Positions 48,836 through 59,288 are shown, counted from the first letter of the stretch. The stretch is DNA of 64,000 nt from Promethearchaeota archaeon Loki_b32 (GCA_005223125.1 NJBH01000018.1:1-64000), one strand, 5' to 3'. Notes: generated by a model from the letters alone, not told the origin. Made by a program: numbers and translations.

Positions 48836-50821
48836 TTATGAATAAAACTTTAAAAGTGCATCCAATAATTCATGTAAAGTTTCTAAGCTTGGAATAAATA
48901 AAAATGTACCAGTAATTTTTATATCTGTAATAAGAACACTTGTAGTGATTACCAGCGATAGCTTCTTAAGTAATCCAATTTCTTCTTTTAGGATCTTAAA
49001 CAACTGAGATCCCGTATCAACGGACATGTCTGGAGGCTCTGTCATTAGACGTAACCCTAATAGATCGCCTATTGCACTCACGTAATGACTACCTAAAATA
49101 TGACCCAGTTCAGAGATGGCACTGCGATAAAGTTCTGGAAAATCAGAAGACTTGTTAATTTTCTTTCTCATATCGATTTGTTTCTTGTCTCTATCATCTA
49201 CTATTATTGACGTTATATCTACTGCATCATTTATGTTAAATATTGTTAGGACAGTAGCTCGCGTTTTACCAACAACATTACTCCATGCGACCAAAAGTTT
49301 TTCATTCTTTTTACTAATGTTATTGGCATATTCATCTAATTCAACCATCTCTACTGTTGGAACATTTATATCTACTCTTTTATTGATCATTTGAGCTAAT
49401 GCATTTGCAGCATTTCCTGCACCAATATTACCGACTTCTTGTAAAGCATCTCTTTGAACTTCTGTAAGCTGTATTTTATCAATATCTAACATCTCTGGTA
49501 ACTCCTTAGGCTTCCTCGTCCCTATAGCTATTTCATGCTCTATTCCTAATTTATTAAAAAATGATTTTAAAGTTTGAAGATCTGGTATAAAGAAGAACAT
49601 ACCTTTTAGTTTCAAATCAGCTACTGAGATAGACGTTTTAATTACTATAAAGAATTCAGCAACCGATTTTAGTTCTTTAGAGAGAAATTCTCCAATTTCC
49701 CCAGCTTGACTCATTGTAAATTCAGGAACGTCAATCATTAATTTTGTACCTAATAAATCAGCCAATGCCGAAGCATAATGTCCTGCCATGATATTTCCCA
49801 TTTCAACAATAGTGGAAACTGCATAATCATCAAGATCCTTCTTAGATTTAACCTTATTTGGGTCTATTTTTGATTTATTTCCTGCTAAATCTGCAATCAT
49901 CTTCATTAATGGTTTCATTTCAAATATATTTAAGATAGTTGCTTGAGATGGTTTTTCTATATGGCAAAAGATCCCACACACTTTCTCTTTAGGTCCACCA
50001 AATTGTGCAGGTAATTCTTCTAGAGGTATAATTCCTACATCTGTAAGAGTAACATCAATTTTCTTTTTGACCAATCGAGATAAGGCTGTGACTGCATTTC
50101 CAGTACCAATATTTCCAATTTCTTTAAGCATATCTTGCTGTTCATCTGATAATTCAACCTCCCTTTGTTCCACTTCTTCTGGAATAGCCGTTAACTTCAT
50201 TGAAGGTTGGATTTTCTGAGGGATTATAACCGTTGAATCAACATCTGCTTTAGTTTTTGGTTTAGCTTTTGATTTAGGTTTTACTTTAGGTCGTTCAAGA
50301 ACTTTTGGTTTTAGATCTTCTTTTTTCTCTACTCTTGAGCCTAAAGATTTGATATAGGGTTTAATTAAAGCTTCCAAATCTAATAGTATTAGTGTTTCAT
50401 CCTGAAAAATACCAGTTAATTTTATTAATCTGAAATCAATATTGGTTTTTACAATAGTACCCTGTCTTTTGAAGATTGAGATTGGAAAATCTTTAACTCC
50501 TATTACAGCATCTACTAATAAAGCAATTTTTAAATCCTCATACTCTAAAACTAAAATTCGTGAAGTGCTAGTTAATCTATAATCAACATCATTACCATGA
50601 ATATTGTGTCTTAAAGAGATGATAGAATAAATCTCTCCTCTTATATTAATAATGCCAACTATAGATTTTTCTGCTAACGGAACTGGAATGATTTTTTCTC
50701 CAGGAACATAAATTTCCTTTACATATTCCACTTCAATGAGATGTCTTTCATTAAGAACTTGAATAATTACAACATTTACTGTTTCTCCAAAATCAATATT
50801 ATCAGATTCAGTTTCTAACAT
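48836..50821 (-). CDS. CheW-CheC-CheC fusion protein
   Basis: CheW (PVP.....IVGIINIRGEI), K/P-rich linker, two CheC units (DMLKEIGN/EMGN and DALQEVGN/ELGH). Confidence 0.88.
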   Translation of the reverse strand: MLETESDNIDFGETVNVVIIQVLNERHLIEVEYVKEIYVPGEKIIPVPLAEKSIVGIINIRGEIYSIISLRHNIHGNDVDYRLTSTSRILVLEYEDLKIALLVDAVIGVKDFPISIFKRQGTIVKTNIDFRLIKLTGIFQDETLILLDLEALIKPYIKSLGSRVEKKEDLKPKVLERPKVKPKSKAKPKTKADVDSTVIIPQKIQPSMKLTAIPEEVEQREVELSDEQQDMLKEIGNIGTGNAVTALSRLVKKKIDVTLTDVGIIPLEELPAQFGGPKEKVCGIFCHIEKPSQATILNIFEMKPLMKMIADLAGNKSKIDPNKVKSKKDLDDYAVSTIVEMGNIMAGHYASALADLLGTKLMIDVPEFTMSQAGEIGEFLSKELKSVAEFFIVIKTSISVADLKLKGMFFFIPDLQTLKSFFNKLGIEHEIAIGTRKPKELPEMLDIDKIQLTEVQRDALQEVGNIGAGNAANALAQMINKRVDINVPTVEMVELDEYANNISKKNEKLLVAWSNVVGKTRATVLTIFNINDAVDITSIIVDDRDKKQIDMRKKINKSSDFPELYRSAISELGHILGSHYVSAIGDLLGLRLMTEPPDMSVDTGSQLFKILKEEIGLLKKLSLVITTSVLITDIKITGTFLFIPSLETLHELLDALLKFYS

Positions 50822-50866
50822 TTTAATTTCCTCTTGTTTTTTCTCCTATTCCTTTTAAATAAATTA

Positions 50867-51715
50867 TTATTTTAACATAATTCCTTTCCAAATTAGTTCT
50901 ACTTCGGGTTCTTCCTCATTAACTTCTGTAAAAAAATCAATTTGTCTATAAACTGAAATTTGACCGCCTTTTGTATGTTTGAATGCATAATTTAACATAT
51001 CATCCGTCCTAGTAAAATTAAAACCCGCAAGTTTTAACTCTGAATCATTTACAATTATAAGATCTTCATTGTTAAAAGGACGATTTTCTTCAATCCATTC
51101 GACCCATATTTCAGGTGATAGTTCCTTGCTTATAATTTTGATTGGTTCGTCAAATGGTATATTACGGAATGATTTACCAGTTGCAAAAATAATTCTGTCA
51201 GGGATTAAGTTTTCTTTCTTAGCAAATTCATTCAATTTATTAAATGCCTTCTTATATTTACTCAATTCCAAAACATCATAGCATAGACATAAAATCACAT
51301 CTTTATCTTCCGTTTCAACAATAAAATCTATCACTTGATCTGGATTGGAATCTTGGTTAATTTTTATCGATTTTAATTTTAGATTTAACATGTATTTAAG
51401 GTATTGATAAAAACGCCATTTTAAACTTAATTTATCGGATTTTTCTCTACTTATGAAAATCTGAAACATATCTTTTAATTGTTTTATAGTTAATTTCGAT
51501 AAATCAGCTTTTTTTCCACTGTCATTCCCAATTACAACATATCCTTGATTTGACTTTACTTTTGAATTTTTCTTTTGCTTGGATGGTTCTGCTGCAACAT
51601 CTTGTAAAAACTTTTTCAGTTCGCTCACAGTGAAATGTGGTAAAACCTGCTCGATGAGATATAATAAATATTCCTTTGATTTATCATCCATCATTTCATA
51701 ATACTGTAGTTTCAT
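50867..51715 (-). CDS. hypothetical protein within the che cluster, possible degenerate PD-(D/E)xK-like fold
   Basis: 282 aa; VIDFIVETEDKDVILCLC; fold guess is weak. Confidence 0.55.
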   Translation of the reverse strand: MKLQYYEMMDDKSKEYLLYLIEQVLPHFTVSELKKFLQDVAAEPSKQKKNSKVKSNQGYVVIGNDSGKKADLSKLTIKQLKDMFQIFISREKSDKLSLKWRFYQYLKYMLNLKLKSIKINQDSNPDQVIDFIVETEDKDVILCLCYDVLELSKYKKAFNKLNEFAKKENLIPDRIIFATGKSFRNIPFDEPIKIISKELSPEIWVEWIEENRPFNNEDLIIVNDSELKLAGFNFTRTDDMLNYAFKHTKGGQISVYRQIDFFTEVNEEEPEVELIWKGIMLK

Positions 51716-51756
51716 TTTATTTCCTCCTTATTTTTTTTCTTAATTTTTTTAATTAA

Positions 51757-53784
51757 TTATCCGACGAAATATGATTCTAACTCTGAATATTTAGCTTCTT
51801 TTCCACTTATGCTTTTTAGATAATACATAATCTCTCTCTCTTGGTAGGGTAAAAGAGCATTAATTGTGAAAGAAATGTTTTGATCCCCATTCTTCTTTGA
51901 TTTACTAAGTTTATGTTCTATATTTGAGGAGATTAGTTCAAAAGACTCTGGAATAGTATCTGTAATATTCACGTCATTAAGTTTTATACTTGAACCATTT
52001 TTTGCTACAATGTAAATAGCAAATTCATTAGCACTCCTCCCTGGATATATTTGTTTTCCGACCATCACTTTCCGTCTTTTATGAGAAATGTTTATTGAAG
52101 ATTTCTCCTGATCAGAGAGATTATTCGTTATCATATAAAATTCTTTAATACCAGAATTTTTAAATCTTGAATAAAATGCAGAGACATTAAGTGGAAAATC
52201 ATAAGCTTTTTTATAATCGGGTGTCATAGCTTTGAGGGGATATTTCAATTCTAAGAAATCATCCACCTCAATCACTGATTTTAAAGCGCCATTTTTTAAA
52301 TTAATGTTAAGTTCGATAGTATGCTCATGAGTTGGATCTTCATCATCAGGCTTTAAATTCAATTCAATTTCTCCTATGTTTAGTTTACCAGATGATCTAG
52401 ACAATGTATAATCTGAAATATTTCTTGATGGTAAGAAATCTTCTGGTACCCTTTCTACAATTCGAAGACCGTTGATTGGAATAGTACCTTGATTATTTAT
52501 AATAATTTTAGAATTTAATACCGTTTCTTCAAATGATTTAATTTCTTCTTCTGATAATTTCTTTTTTAGAACAATATTAACTACTATAAAGAAACTATCA
52601 TCAAATCTCGAAGTAATCATTGAATTCTTTTCTGTTCTGTAATCAACTGAATATTCTACTTTTCTTGAAAATGTTGGTTCTTTTTCATCAACACAATCAA
52701 AAGATTCTGTCTTATATTTACCACGAGGATTAATTATTGCACTTCCTGAAGTTTTAAAATCTAAATCTAGGATTTTTGTAGTTTTAGATTTATCATATAC
52801 TAAAACTGAATTTAATTTCAATTTGAAATCACTATGATTCTCGAATATAAGTGAACATTGCCAATTATTTGGAGCGTGATTCTTCTCTGTTTTCTTAATA
52901 GCGTGCATTGCATGTGAATATGCTGAGAAATGGTTGATCTTTACTCCGGAAATTACTTTATTTGATAAGTTAAATGTTATTTCAATATTTCCAGTTTTAA
53001 TATTTTCTTTCTTTTTAGGGAATAATTTTGCTAGAATAGTAATTTCTACTTTTTCCCCAGGATTTAGATTATTTAAAGAGCAGTCTATAGAATTTCTAGT
53101 AACTTTAAATTCCTTACCTTTATTACTGTTAAATTCTAAATCGTAAAAATTTTCTGTAAATGATTTTTTAAACTTAATGTTTTCAAGTATAGAAGTTGAA
53201 ATATTTACAATATTAATTGAAAATTTCACCTTATTTTCTTTTCCTAATAATAGTAAATAATTCTTTTTATTACCTACTTTCAAGGTTTCATTTTCAATTA
53301 GATCCGACTCTTTATTATCATTTTTAAAGATTTTGATATCTTCACTAAGATTTTCTATATTTTCACTCACTTCTATTAAATCAGGTAAATCATCAGAATT
53401 GACAATTTCATATTTCAATACTTTATTTGAATTAGGCTCAAAAATCCCTAAATTTAGATTATTATCTGTCTTTTGATTATTAAATTGTGAGCCTGAAAAT
53501 TGTAAATTTGCATCCCAAATTCTGTCTTTAACAGAGTTATTAAAAATTGAAATATTTCCATTACCTGTGACTGCTTTTCTTGCTCCATCATTTTGATAAT
53601 GAAATTCCATAAACTCTTCATTTAATATCAATACTTCTGACATTGAACCTGTATAACTTGATTCAATTTTCTTTTCTCTGTGACTTTTTTGTATTAATTT
53701 ACCACCTTCCCTTATAGGGATACCAAGAAAATTTGGGCTAATTTTTGTCTTTAATTCGTCATGATCAATTTTTTTAAAACCCAT
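51757..53784 (-). CDS. beta-sandwich repeat protein (DUF11/Ig-like), apparently cytoplasmic
   Basis: Repeated N.G.....V.I.D.IP..F and I..L.P..... motifs; no signal peptide or TM segment. Confidence 0.6.
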   Translation of the reverse strand: MGFKKIDHDELKTKISPNFLGIPIREGGKLIQKSHREKKIESSYTGSMSEVLILNEEFMEFHYQNDGARKAVTGNGNISIFNNSVKDRIWDANLQFSGSQFNNQKTDNNLNLGIFEPNSNKVLKYEIVNSDDLPDLIEVSENIENLSEDIKIFKNDNKESDLIENETLKVGNKKNYLLLLGKENKVKFSINIVNISTSILENIKFKKSFTENFYDLEFNSNKGKEFKVTRNSIDCSLNNLNPGEKVEITILAKLFPKKKENIKTGNIEITFNLSNKVISGVKINHFSAYSHAMHAIKKTEKNHAPNNWQCSLIFENHSDFKLKLNSVLVYDKSKTTKILDLDFKTSGSAIINPRGKYKTESFDCVDEKEPTFSRKVEYSVDYRTEKNSMITSRFDDSFFIVVNIVLKKKLSEEEIKSFEETVLNSKIIINNQGTIPINGLRIVERVPEDFLPSRNISDYTLSRSSGKLNIGEIELNLKPDDEDPTHEHTIELNINLKNGALKSVIEVDDFLELKYPLKAMTPDYKKAYDFPLNVSAFYSRFKNSGIKEFYMITNNLSDQEKSSINISHKRRKVMVGKQIYPGRSANEFAIYIVAKNGSSIKLNDVNITDTIPESFELISSNIEHKLSKSKKNGDQNISFTINALLPYQEREIMYYLKSISGKEAKYSELESYFVG

Positions 53785-53840
53785 CTTATTTTTCCTCCAA
53801 GTTTTTCTTCATTTGATTCATTTATTATTTGTAAAAAAAA

Positions 53841-55913
53841 TTATTTTAACTTAGAAATTATATTTTCATTTAATTTATTTGAAATTATACTCAAAACATC
53901 GATTATTAGACATATTCCTCCTTCACCTGTAATTGAAGAGCCTAAAATATCTCGGGAATCAGAATAATTAGACTTGAAAGGTTTCACAACTACATCCAAT
54001 TGTTGAAGTTGTTTATCTGCGATAAATACTACCGAATTTTCCTCATCTCTTTGACACCATATAGCAATTTTTTTATAGGAATTCGTCGTGGATTTGTCTA
54101 CCATATTCAAATGTTCATCTAAATGAATTACTGGTAAAGATTTTGATTTAATTTTATAGTATTGTTCCCCTTCTATGTATTCAACCTGGTTTGGATTGTA
54201 AAAGTATATCTGTTTAATATTTTCAGTTGGAATCGCAAATAGGTCATCAGCAATCTGGATTAGTTGAGCTCTTAATATTGCTCTAGTAAATGGTACTTCT
54301 ATAGTAAATTTTGTACCGATATTTTTTTGTGATTGAATATTAAAATCACCACCTAATTCCTTTATTTTTTCTGCCATTATAGCTAAACCCATCCCTCTGC
54401 CTGAAAGAATATCCGCATCTGAAAGTGTAGAGAACCCAGGCATAAGAATAAATTGATGTAAATCCTCATCACTTAATTGTTTAGCATCCTCTGAGTTATA
54501 ATATCTTCTACTTACAACTTTTTCTCTTATTTTATCATAATTAATACCCATACCATCATCTTGCACCTCAATGAAAATTGATCCTGATCTTCGATATGTT
54601 CTTAATCTTAATGTTCCAAGTTCATTTTTCCCTTTTTTAACTCGTTCCCTTGGTGATTCGATTCCATGATAAATTGCATTCCGAATTAATTGGACTAATG
54701 GAGAATTGATTTCCTCTAAGATTTTTCTATCAATTTCAACATTAGTTCCTTCAAGAATTAGTCTCAATTTTTTACCAGTTTCATTTGCTACATCACGAAC
54801 TAGTCGTTTATATTTTCTAAAAGTAGATTCAACCCTAACTAATTTTAATTTGAAAAGTATTTCTTGAATATCTAGAAAAGGTTTATCCATTTTATCAATT
54901 AACCTTACTAATGTTCTGTCTTGTTTCTTCTTTAAAAGTTGATTGATGTGATTCTTCATTATTATTAGTTCTCCGAAATAGTTCATTAATTCCTCTAAAT
55001 GCTCGATGTTAACTTTAACACTCGTTATTTTAATATTGTCTTCTGAAAAGTCGCCTACAATTTCAGAAACTCTCTCAATTTCTTCAATGTCTTCTTCTTC
55101 ATCATAATCGTCTAAAAGTAACTCGCTACTCATAGATTCTGATTTTTCTGTTTCCCATTTTTCTTTAAGATCTGTAATAGTTTTTTTAAATTCTCCTGAA
55201 TTTAGTGGAGTAATAACTTTATTTTCTATTTCCAAAATCTCATCTAAAACCTGAGATATTTTATCTTTCTTATTTTGTGTGATATAATATATTTCAAACT
55301 CATTTCTAAGAGTAGCTTTTTCTAAATCTTCAGGCGCTGGATTGGTACAACAGATTTTACCATTTTCATTTAACGCTCTAAATATAATAAATAATCTTAC
55401 TTTTTTGAAAACACAGGTATCTTCAAGGCGAACATAAATCTTAAATGATTTATTTTGTTTTTGATTAAGAAGTTTAGTAATTTCTTCTTGGTTTAAAGAC
55501 TGAATAAAGGTGATATCATACACAGTCTCAAAACTCTCAAAACTATTTTTTATGTCTTCAACAAAATTTCCATCAATATCACTTAAATCTCCTTTTTTCA
55601 CTCGGTTTAAGAAATTTCTTAGCACATCAAGACTTTCAAATAACATACCAATGAAATTTTGTCTTTTGCTTTTAGATACTTTCTTCTCCTTAGCATTTTC
55701 CAAAAGAGATTCAAAATGATGGCAGAACTTAGACAGATTGTCAAAACCGGCCATTGCAGTTAATCCTTTCAATGTATGAAATGTGAAGAAAAGTTCTTTT
55801 ATTGGTTTAGAATTCTCTGGATTTTCTTCAAAAGATAGTATTTCTTCCTCTGTTTTCTGAATCAGATCTTCGGATTCACTTATAAAAAGTTTTATATCGT
55901 CTTTAGATGACAC
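53841..55913 (-). CDS. cheA: chemotaxis histidine kinase CheA (P1-P5)
   Basis: P1 FHTLKG, P2, dimerisation LMNYFGELII, RNAIYHGIE, DDGMGI, PGFST, SGRGMGL, CheW-like P5. Confidence 0.96.
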   Translation of the reverse strand: MSSKDDIKLFISESEDLIQKTEEEILSFEENPENSKPIKELFFTFHTLKGLTAMAGFDNLSKFCHHFESLLENAKEKKVSKSKRQNFIGMLFESLDVLRNFLNRVKKGDLSDIDGNFVEDIKNSFESFETVYDITFIQSLNQEEITKLLNQKQNKSFKIYVRLEDTCVFKKVRLFIIFRALNENGKICCTNPAPEDLEKATLRNEFEIYYITQNKKDKISQVLDEILEIENKVITPLNSGEFKKTITDLKEKWETEKSESMSSELLLDDYDEEEDIEEIERVSEIVGDFSEDNIKITSVKVNIEHLEELMNYFGELIIMKNHINQLLKKKQDRTLVRLIDKMDKPFLDIQEILFKLKLVRVESTFRKYKRLVRDVANETGKKLRLILEGTNVEIDRKILEEINSPLVQLIRNAIYHGIESPRERVKKGKNELGTLRLRTYRRSGSIFIEVQDDGMGINYDKIREKVVSRRYYNSEDAKQLSDEDLHQFILMPGFSTLSDADILSGRGMGLAIMAEKIKELGGDFNIQSQKNIGTKFTIEVPFTRAILRAQLIQIADDLFAIPTENIKQIYFYNPNQVEYIEGEQYYKIKSKSLPVIHLDEHLNMVDKSTTNSYKKIAIWCQRDEENSVVFIADKQLQQLDVVVKPFKSNYSDSRDILGSSITGEGGICLIIDVLSIISNKLNENIISKLK

Positions 55914-55942
55914 ATAATCACCTTATATCCTCATTATTTTAA

Positions 55943-56341
55943 TTAATTCTTCTCTGCTGTTTTAATTTTAAGTATACGGTCCATAACCTCTACAATTTGT
56001 TCAGTTTTGAATGGTTTTTGAATGAAATCTTTTGCCCCTTTTTTCGCTGCCTCAAGAACTAATGCCTCTTGACCTAGCGCAGAAACTACAACTATCAATG
56101 CTTTTGAGTTTATTTTTAGAATCTCCTCTGTTGCTTCAATGCCGCCCTTTTCTGGCATTACTAAATCCATAGTAACTAAATCAGGATTTAATTTTTTATA
56201 TAAGGAGATAGCCTCAACTCCATTTGAAGCTTCACCAATAACCTCAATTTGTTCGATTTTATTTATTATGTTTTTTAACATATTTCGTGTAAATTGGGCA
56301 TCATCAACAATCAAAACCTTTTTCTTTTCATTCTTTGTCAT
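55943..56341 (-). CDS. cheY: chemotaxis response regulator CheY
   Basis: VLIVDD, TMDLVMP, VSALGQ, FIQKPF. Confidence 0.93.
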   Translation of the reverse strand: MTKNEKKKVLIVDDAQFTRNMLKNIINKIEQIEVIGEASNGVEAISLYKKLNPDLVTMDLVMPEKGGIEATEEILKINSKALIVVVSALGQEALVLEAAKKGAKDFIQKPFKTEQIVEVMDRILKIKTAEKN

Positions 56342-56361
56342 ATTATCAACTCCTATTTATT

Positions 56362-56892
56362 TTATGTTAATGATGATAAATCTTGTTGGATTCTAAATTT
56401 ATCAACGTCACTAAAAATCTTGCTTAAATCAAGCATTACCCTTGGTCGTTCCTCAAAGTTAATAATTCCGTTAATAAATTCCATAGCAACACTCGTTTGA
56501 AAGATGGGACTCAATCCTACGATCTGAGTTGGGTCTACATGGTCTATACTAAGTATGGAATCGGTATAGAACCCAATTAAATCATTATCCATTTTAAGAA
56601 TTATGATAAAATTTTTCGAAGTACTTGAATCTTCTTCAAATGTGGAGTATTTTGAATGATATAGAACATACTGATCTAGATTCAATTTTTTCTTCAAGTT
56701 AATTACGTGAATAATTTCTCCTCGGTAATTATAGATGCCATCGATGTAGCCTAAGCTTTTGGGTAACTTTCTTATTAGACCTGCTTGAATTATTTCCTTT
56801 ACTTGATACAAATCAATGCAGAACTCTTCCCATCCAATCTGGAAAGATAGGATAGAAACTTGATCTTGTCCTTCATGTGCATTTATACTCAT
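56362..56892 (-). CDS. cheW: chemotaxis adaptor CheW
   Basis: F.IG.EEF.ID..QVKEII, LPKS..YIDGIYNYRGEII.VINL. Confidence 0.9.
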   Translation of the reverse strand: MSINAHEGQDQVSILSFQIGWEEFCIDLYQVKEIIQAGLIRKLPKSLGYIDGIYNYRGEIIHVINLKKKLNLDQYVLYHSKYSTFEEDSSTSKNFIIILKMDNDLIGFYTDSILSIDHVDPTQIVGLSPIFQTSVAMEFINGIINFEERPRVMLDLSKIFSDVDKFRIQQDLSSLT

Positions 56893-56912
56893 TTTTTTTA
56901 CCTACTTTTTCT

Positions 56913-57776
56913 TTAAATTATAAAATATTGGTTAATTTTACTTTCAAATTCGTTAAATGGAGTAACATCTCCATTAAATTCTTTTATATAATTGCGGAAA
57001 TCGAAAAGGAATTCGTCCGCGATAAGATACATATACCTTTGAAGTAATTGGTTCATATTTTCTACAAGAAAGGCAAAAATAACATTACTTTTTGATATAA
57101 CATAAAATTGTTGGTTCCCGAAGTTAATCTCTTTAAGTTTTGCTCCAGTTTCCTCTCCAATAATTGTATTTGAGAAGGATAATAAAGCTGAGATAAATCC
57201 CCCAATGTGAACTTCGTGATCAGCAATATTAGATCGTTTTTTATTAATTTTTGATATAAATGGACTTCCTGTAGAACCAATTATAAATATTGCAATAACT
57301 CCATCAGTTTTTGGAATCTCAATCTCTGATTCAAAAAATTTGGTTATTTCTGATATTGGAACGTTTGAAAGAATTTTTTTATTAATCTTTTTGGATAAAA
57401 AGTATAATTTTGGGAAATTCACCGGAACAGTCGGTTCTTTTTCTTCCATGTATATGAATACTGATATATTTTTCTCTCCATTTTTAAAATATTGAATATG
57501 AATCGTAAAAGCATCCAATGGAATAATTGAATTCCCTTGTCTTTTACTTATTATTTCTTTTTTATATAATTCGAAGATATTCTGAATGAGTGAAATTCCA
57601 ATACCATTTTGAAATAGAACATTAAGCTTCCCCCCAGAGTCAAGTTCTGAGATATTTAACAAACCATAACCTAGTATATATAATTTTTCAGATGCGTTAT
57701 TTGAGTTTTGAGCTGCGTTATTCATGGCTATCATATTGCCTTCATGCTTTTTTTTAAGAAATTTTTTATTAATCAA
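56913..57776 (-). CDS. longin-like domain protein, first gene of the che cluster; true start may be a downstream ATG
   Basis: C-terminal AIFII.STG.P...IGGFISALLSFS...LKEINFG...EF...F...I.EFNGDV..F.EF pattern typical of Asgard longin domains. Confidence 0.65.
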   Translation of the reverse strand: MINKKFLKKKHEGNMIAMNNAAQNSNNASEKLYILGYGLLNISELDSGGKLNVLFQNGIGISLIQNIFELYKKEIISKRQGNSIIPLDAFTIHIQYFKNGEKNISVFIYMEEKEPTVPVNFPKLYFLSKKINKKILSNVPISEITKFFESEIEIPKTDGVIAIFIIGSTGSPFISKINKKRSNIADHEVHIGGFISALLSFSNTIIGEETGAKLKEINFGNQQFYVISKSNVIFAFLVENMNQLLQRYMYLIADEFLFDFRNYIKEFNGDVTPFNEFESKINQYFII

Positions 57777-58340
57777 TAAAAATCATAATATCTGGGTGTT
57801 CCTGGCTTTTTCTCTGAGTATTCTTCATTATCCAGTAGTTAGAAATTTTTTACACCTTTTATCAAAATCATAAAATTTTTATGTAAAATTTTATCGAGTT
57901 TTTGCTTTTTTTGTAAAATTCATTATATTGAACTAAAAAACTTATATTAGAAAATATATATAAATTTAATGTTATAGAAAATTGTTATCCGTATACAAAC
58001 ACATCTTCTTTTAAACATTTGAAATTCTTAAAATTTAAGCTACCAACTTCAATTAAAACGACTTTATTTTAATATAAGGTCAAATTTGTAAATAGTATTT
58101 AGAGTTTAAGTTTGACAAAAATTTAAATAGCTCCAAAAAATTACATAGGTAAGTAGAATTTTGAATGTCAAATTATATTCAATTACTGGAAATAACATAC
58201 AAAGTATGGATTTGAACACACAAATTTAATATTATTCTGAGTTATATTTAATAATGTCTAAATAAAAATAGTAAAGAATATTATCAAAATTGAAATCAGG
58301 ATTAAACCTAAATGTTTTAAAATTTTGGAAAGAGATTATC

Positions 58341-58985
58341 ATGAATGCTCAAACTGGAATAAACCAAGGAAACGAAGAATTTTTAAAAGAGATTATAATT
58401 AGATGTCCACAATGCTCAACAAATAAAAAATTGAAGATTCCTAAAAAAGTTATTGATCAAAGTAAGCAATTAACTACAATATCTATTCCTTCAAATTTGT
58501 GCTGTGAACATAGTTTTCAAGCTTTTGTTGACAAAAATTTTATTGTTAGAGGTTATCAAAAAGTAGATTTTGAGTTTTCTCATATGGAATTTTATGAAAG
58601 CAGTGAGGGTTCTTATGATACGGAAGGTTTTACATCAAAACCAATTTTTCAACAAATAATCCAATTATTAAGAGATTGTATTGAAGATAAGGATATTCTA
58701 GGGTCGGGGATGTTTACAGTTGAAGGAAAAGTGTTGTATTCTTCACTGCCTCAAACAACTTTGTTTAATACAATTCGTGAATTTGAAGTCAGAAGCGAAC
58801 AACATTTGATTAGCTTAAAGAAAATGTATCTAGAGTTAGATAACAGTGAGAAGTTTATCTCAACTATAATTTCCTTTAATGGATTGAAATTCAATTTAGT
58901 GTTAATGTTTTCTTTTCGCACAAAATTTGGAATGGGCAATCTCCATATGCGCGATTTACTAAAAAAAATAGAGAAAATAAACTAA
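58341..58985 (+). CDS. Zn-ribbon plus roadblock/profilin-like domain protein
   Basis: CPQC...CCEHSFQAFVDKNF.VRGYQ, then ILGSGMFTVEGKVLYSSLP; ATG at 58341 preferred over TTG at 58290. Confidence 0.65.
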   Translation: MNAQTGINQGNEEFLKEIIIRCPQCSTNKKLKIPKKVIDQSKQLTTISIPSNLCCEHSFQAFVDKNFIVRGYQKVDFEFSHMEFYESSEGSYDTEGFTSKPIFQQIIQLLRDCIEDKDILGSGMFTVEGKVLYSSLPQTTLFNTIREFEVRSEQHLISLKKMYLELDNSEKFISTIISFNGLKFNLVLMFSFRTKFGMGNLHMRDLLKKIEKIN

Positions 58986-59288
58986 GGTTATTTTTTTTAT
59001 CTTTTCTTTATTGGATTAACCATAAATAATTAAATTTTTTGAAGATCATAAAGATTTAATTTCTCTTATATATACTAAGAAAACCCCATTAGTATTCAGT
59101 TTTTTTTGATTTTTTACTCACAAATAAATCTCATAAGGATATTTGCCACAAAAATAGTTTCAAATGAAATACCAAGATATTTTTGTATGTAAATATACAT
59201 TTTTAATAATTAAATAGAAAGGTTTAATTAGCTAAATATGTAAATATATATAATTAAAATAATCTGAATTTAATGGTGAAAAATAGAT

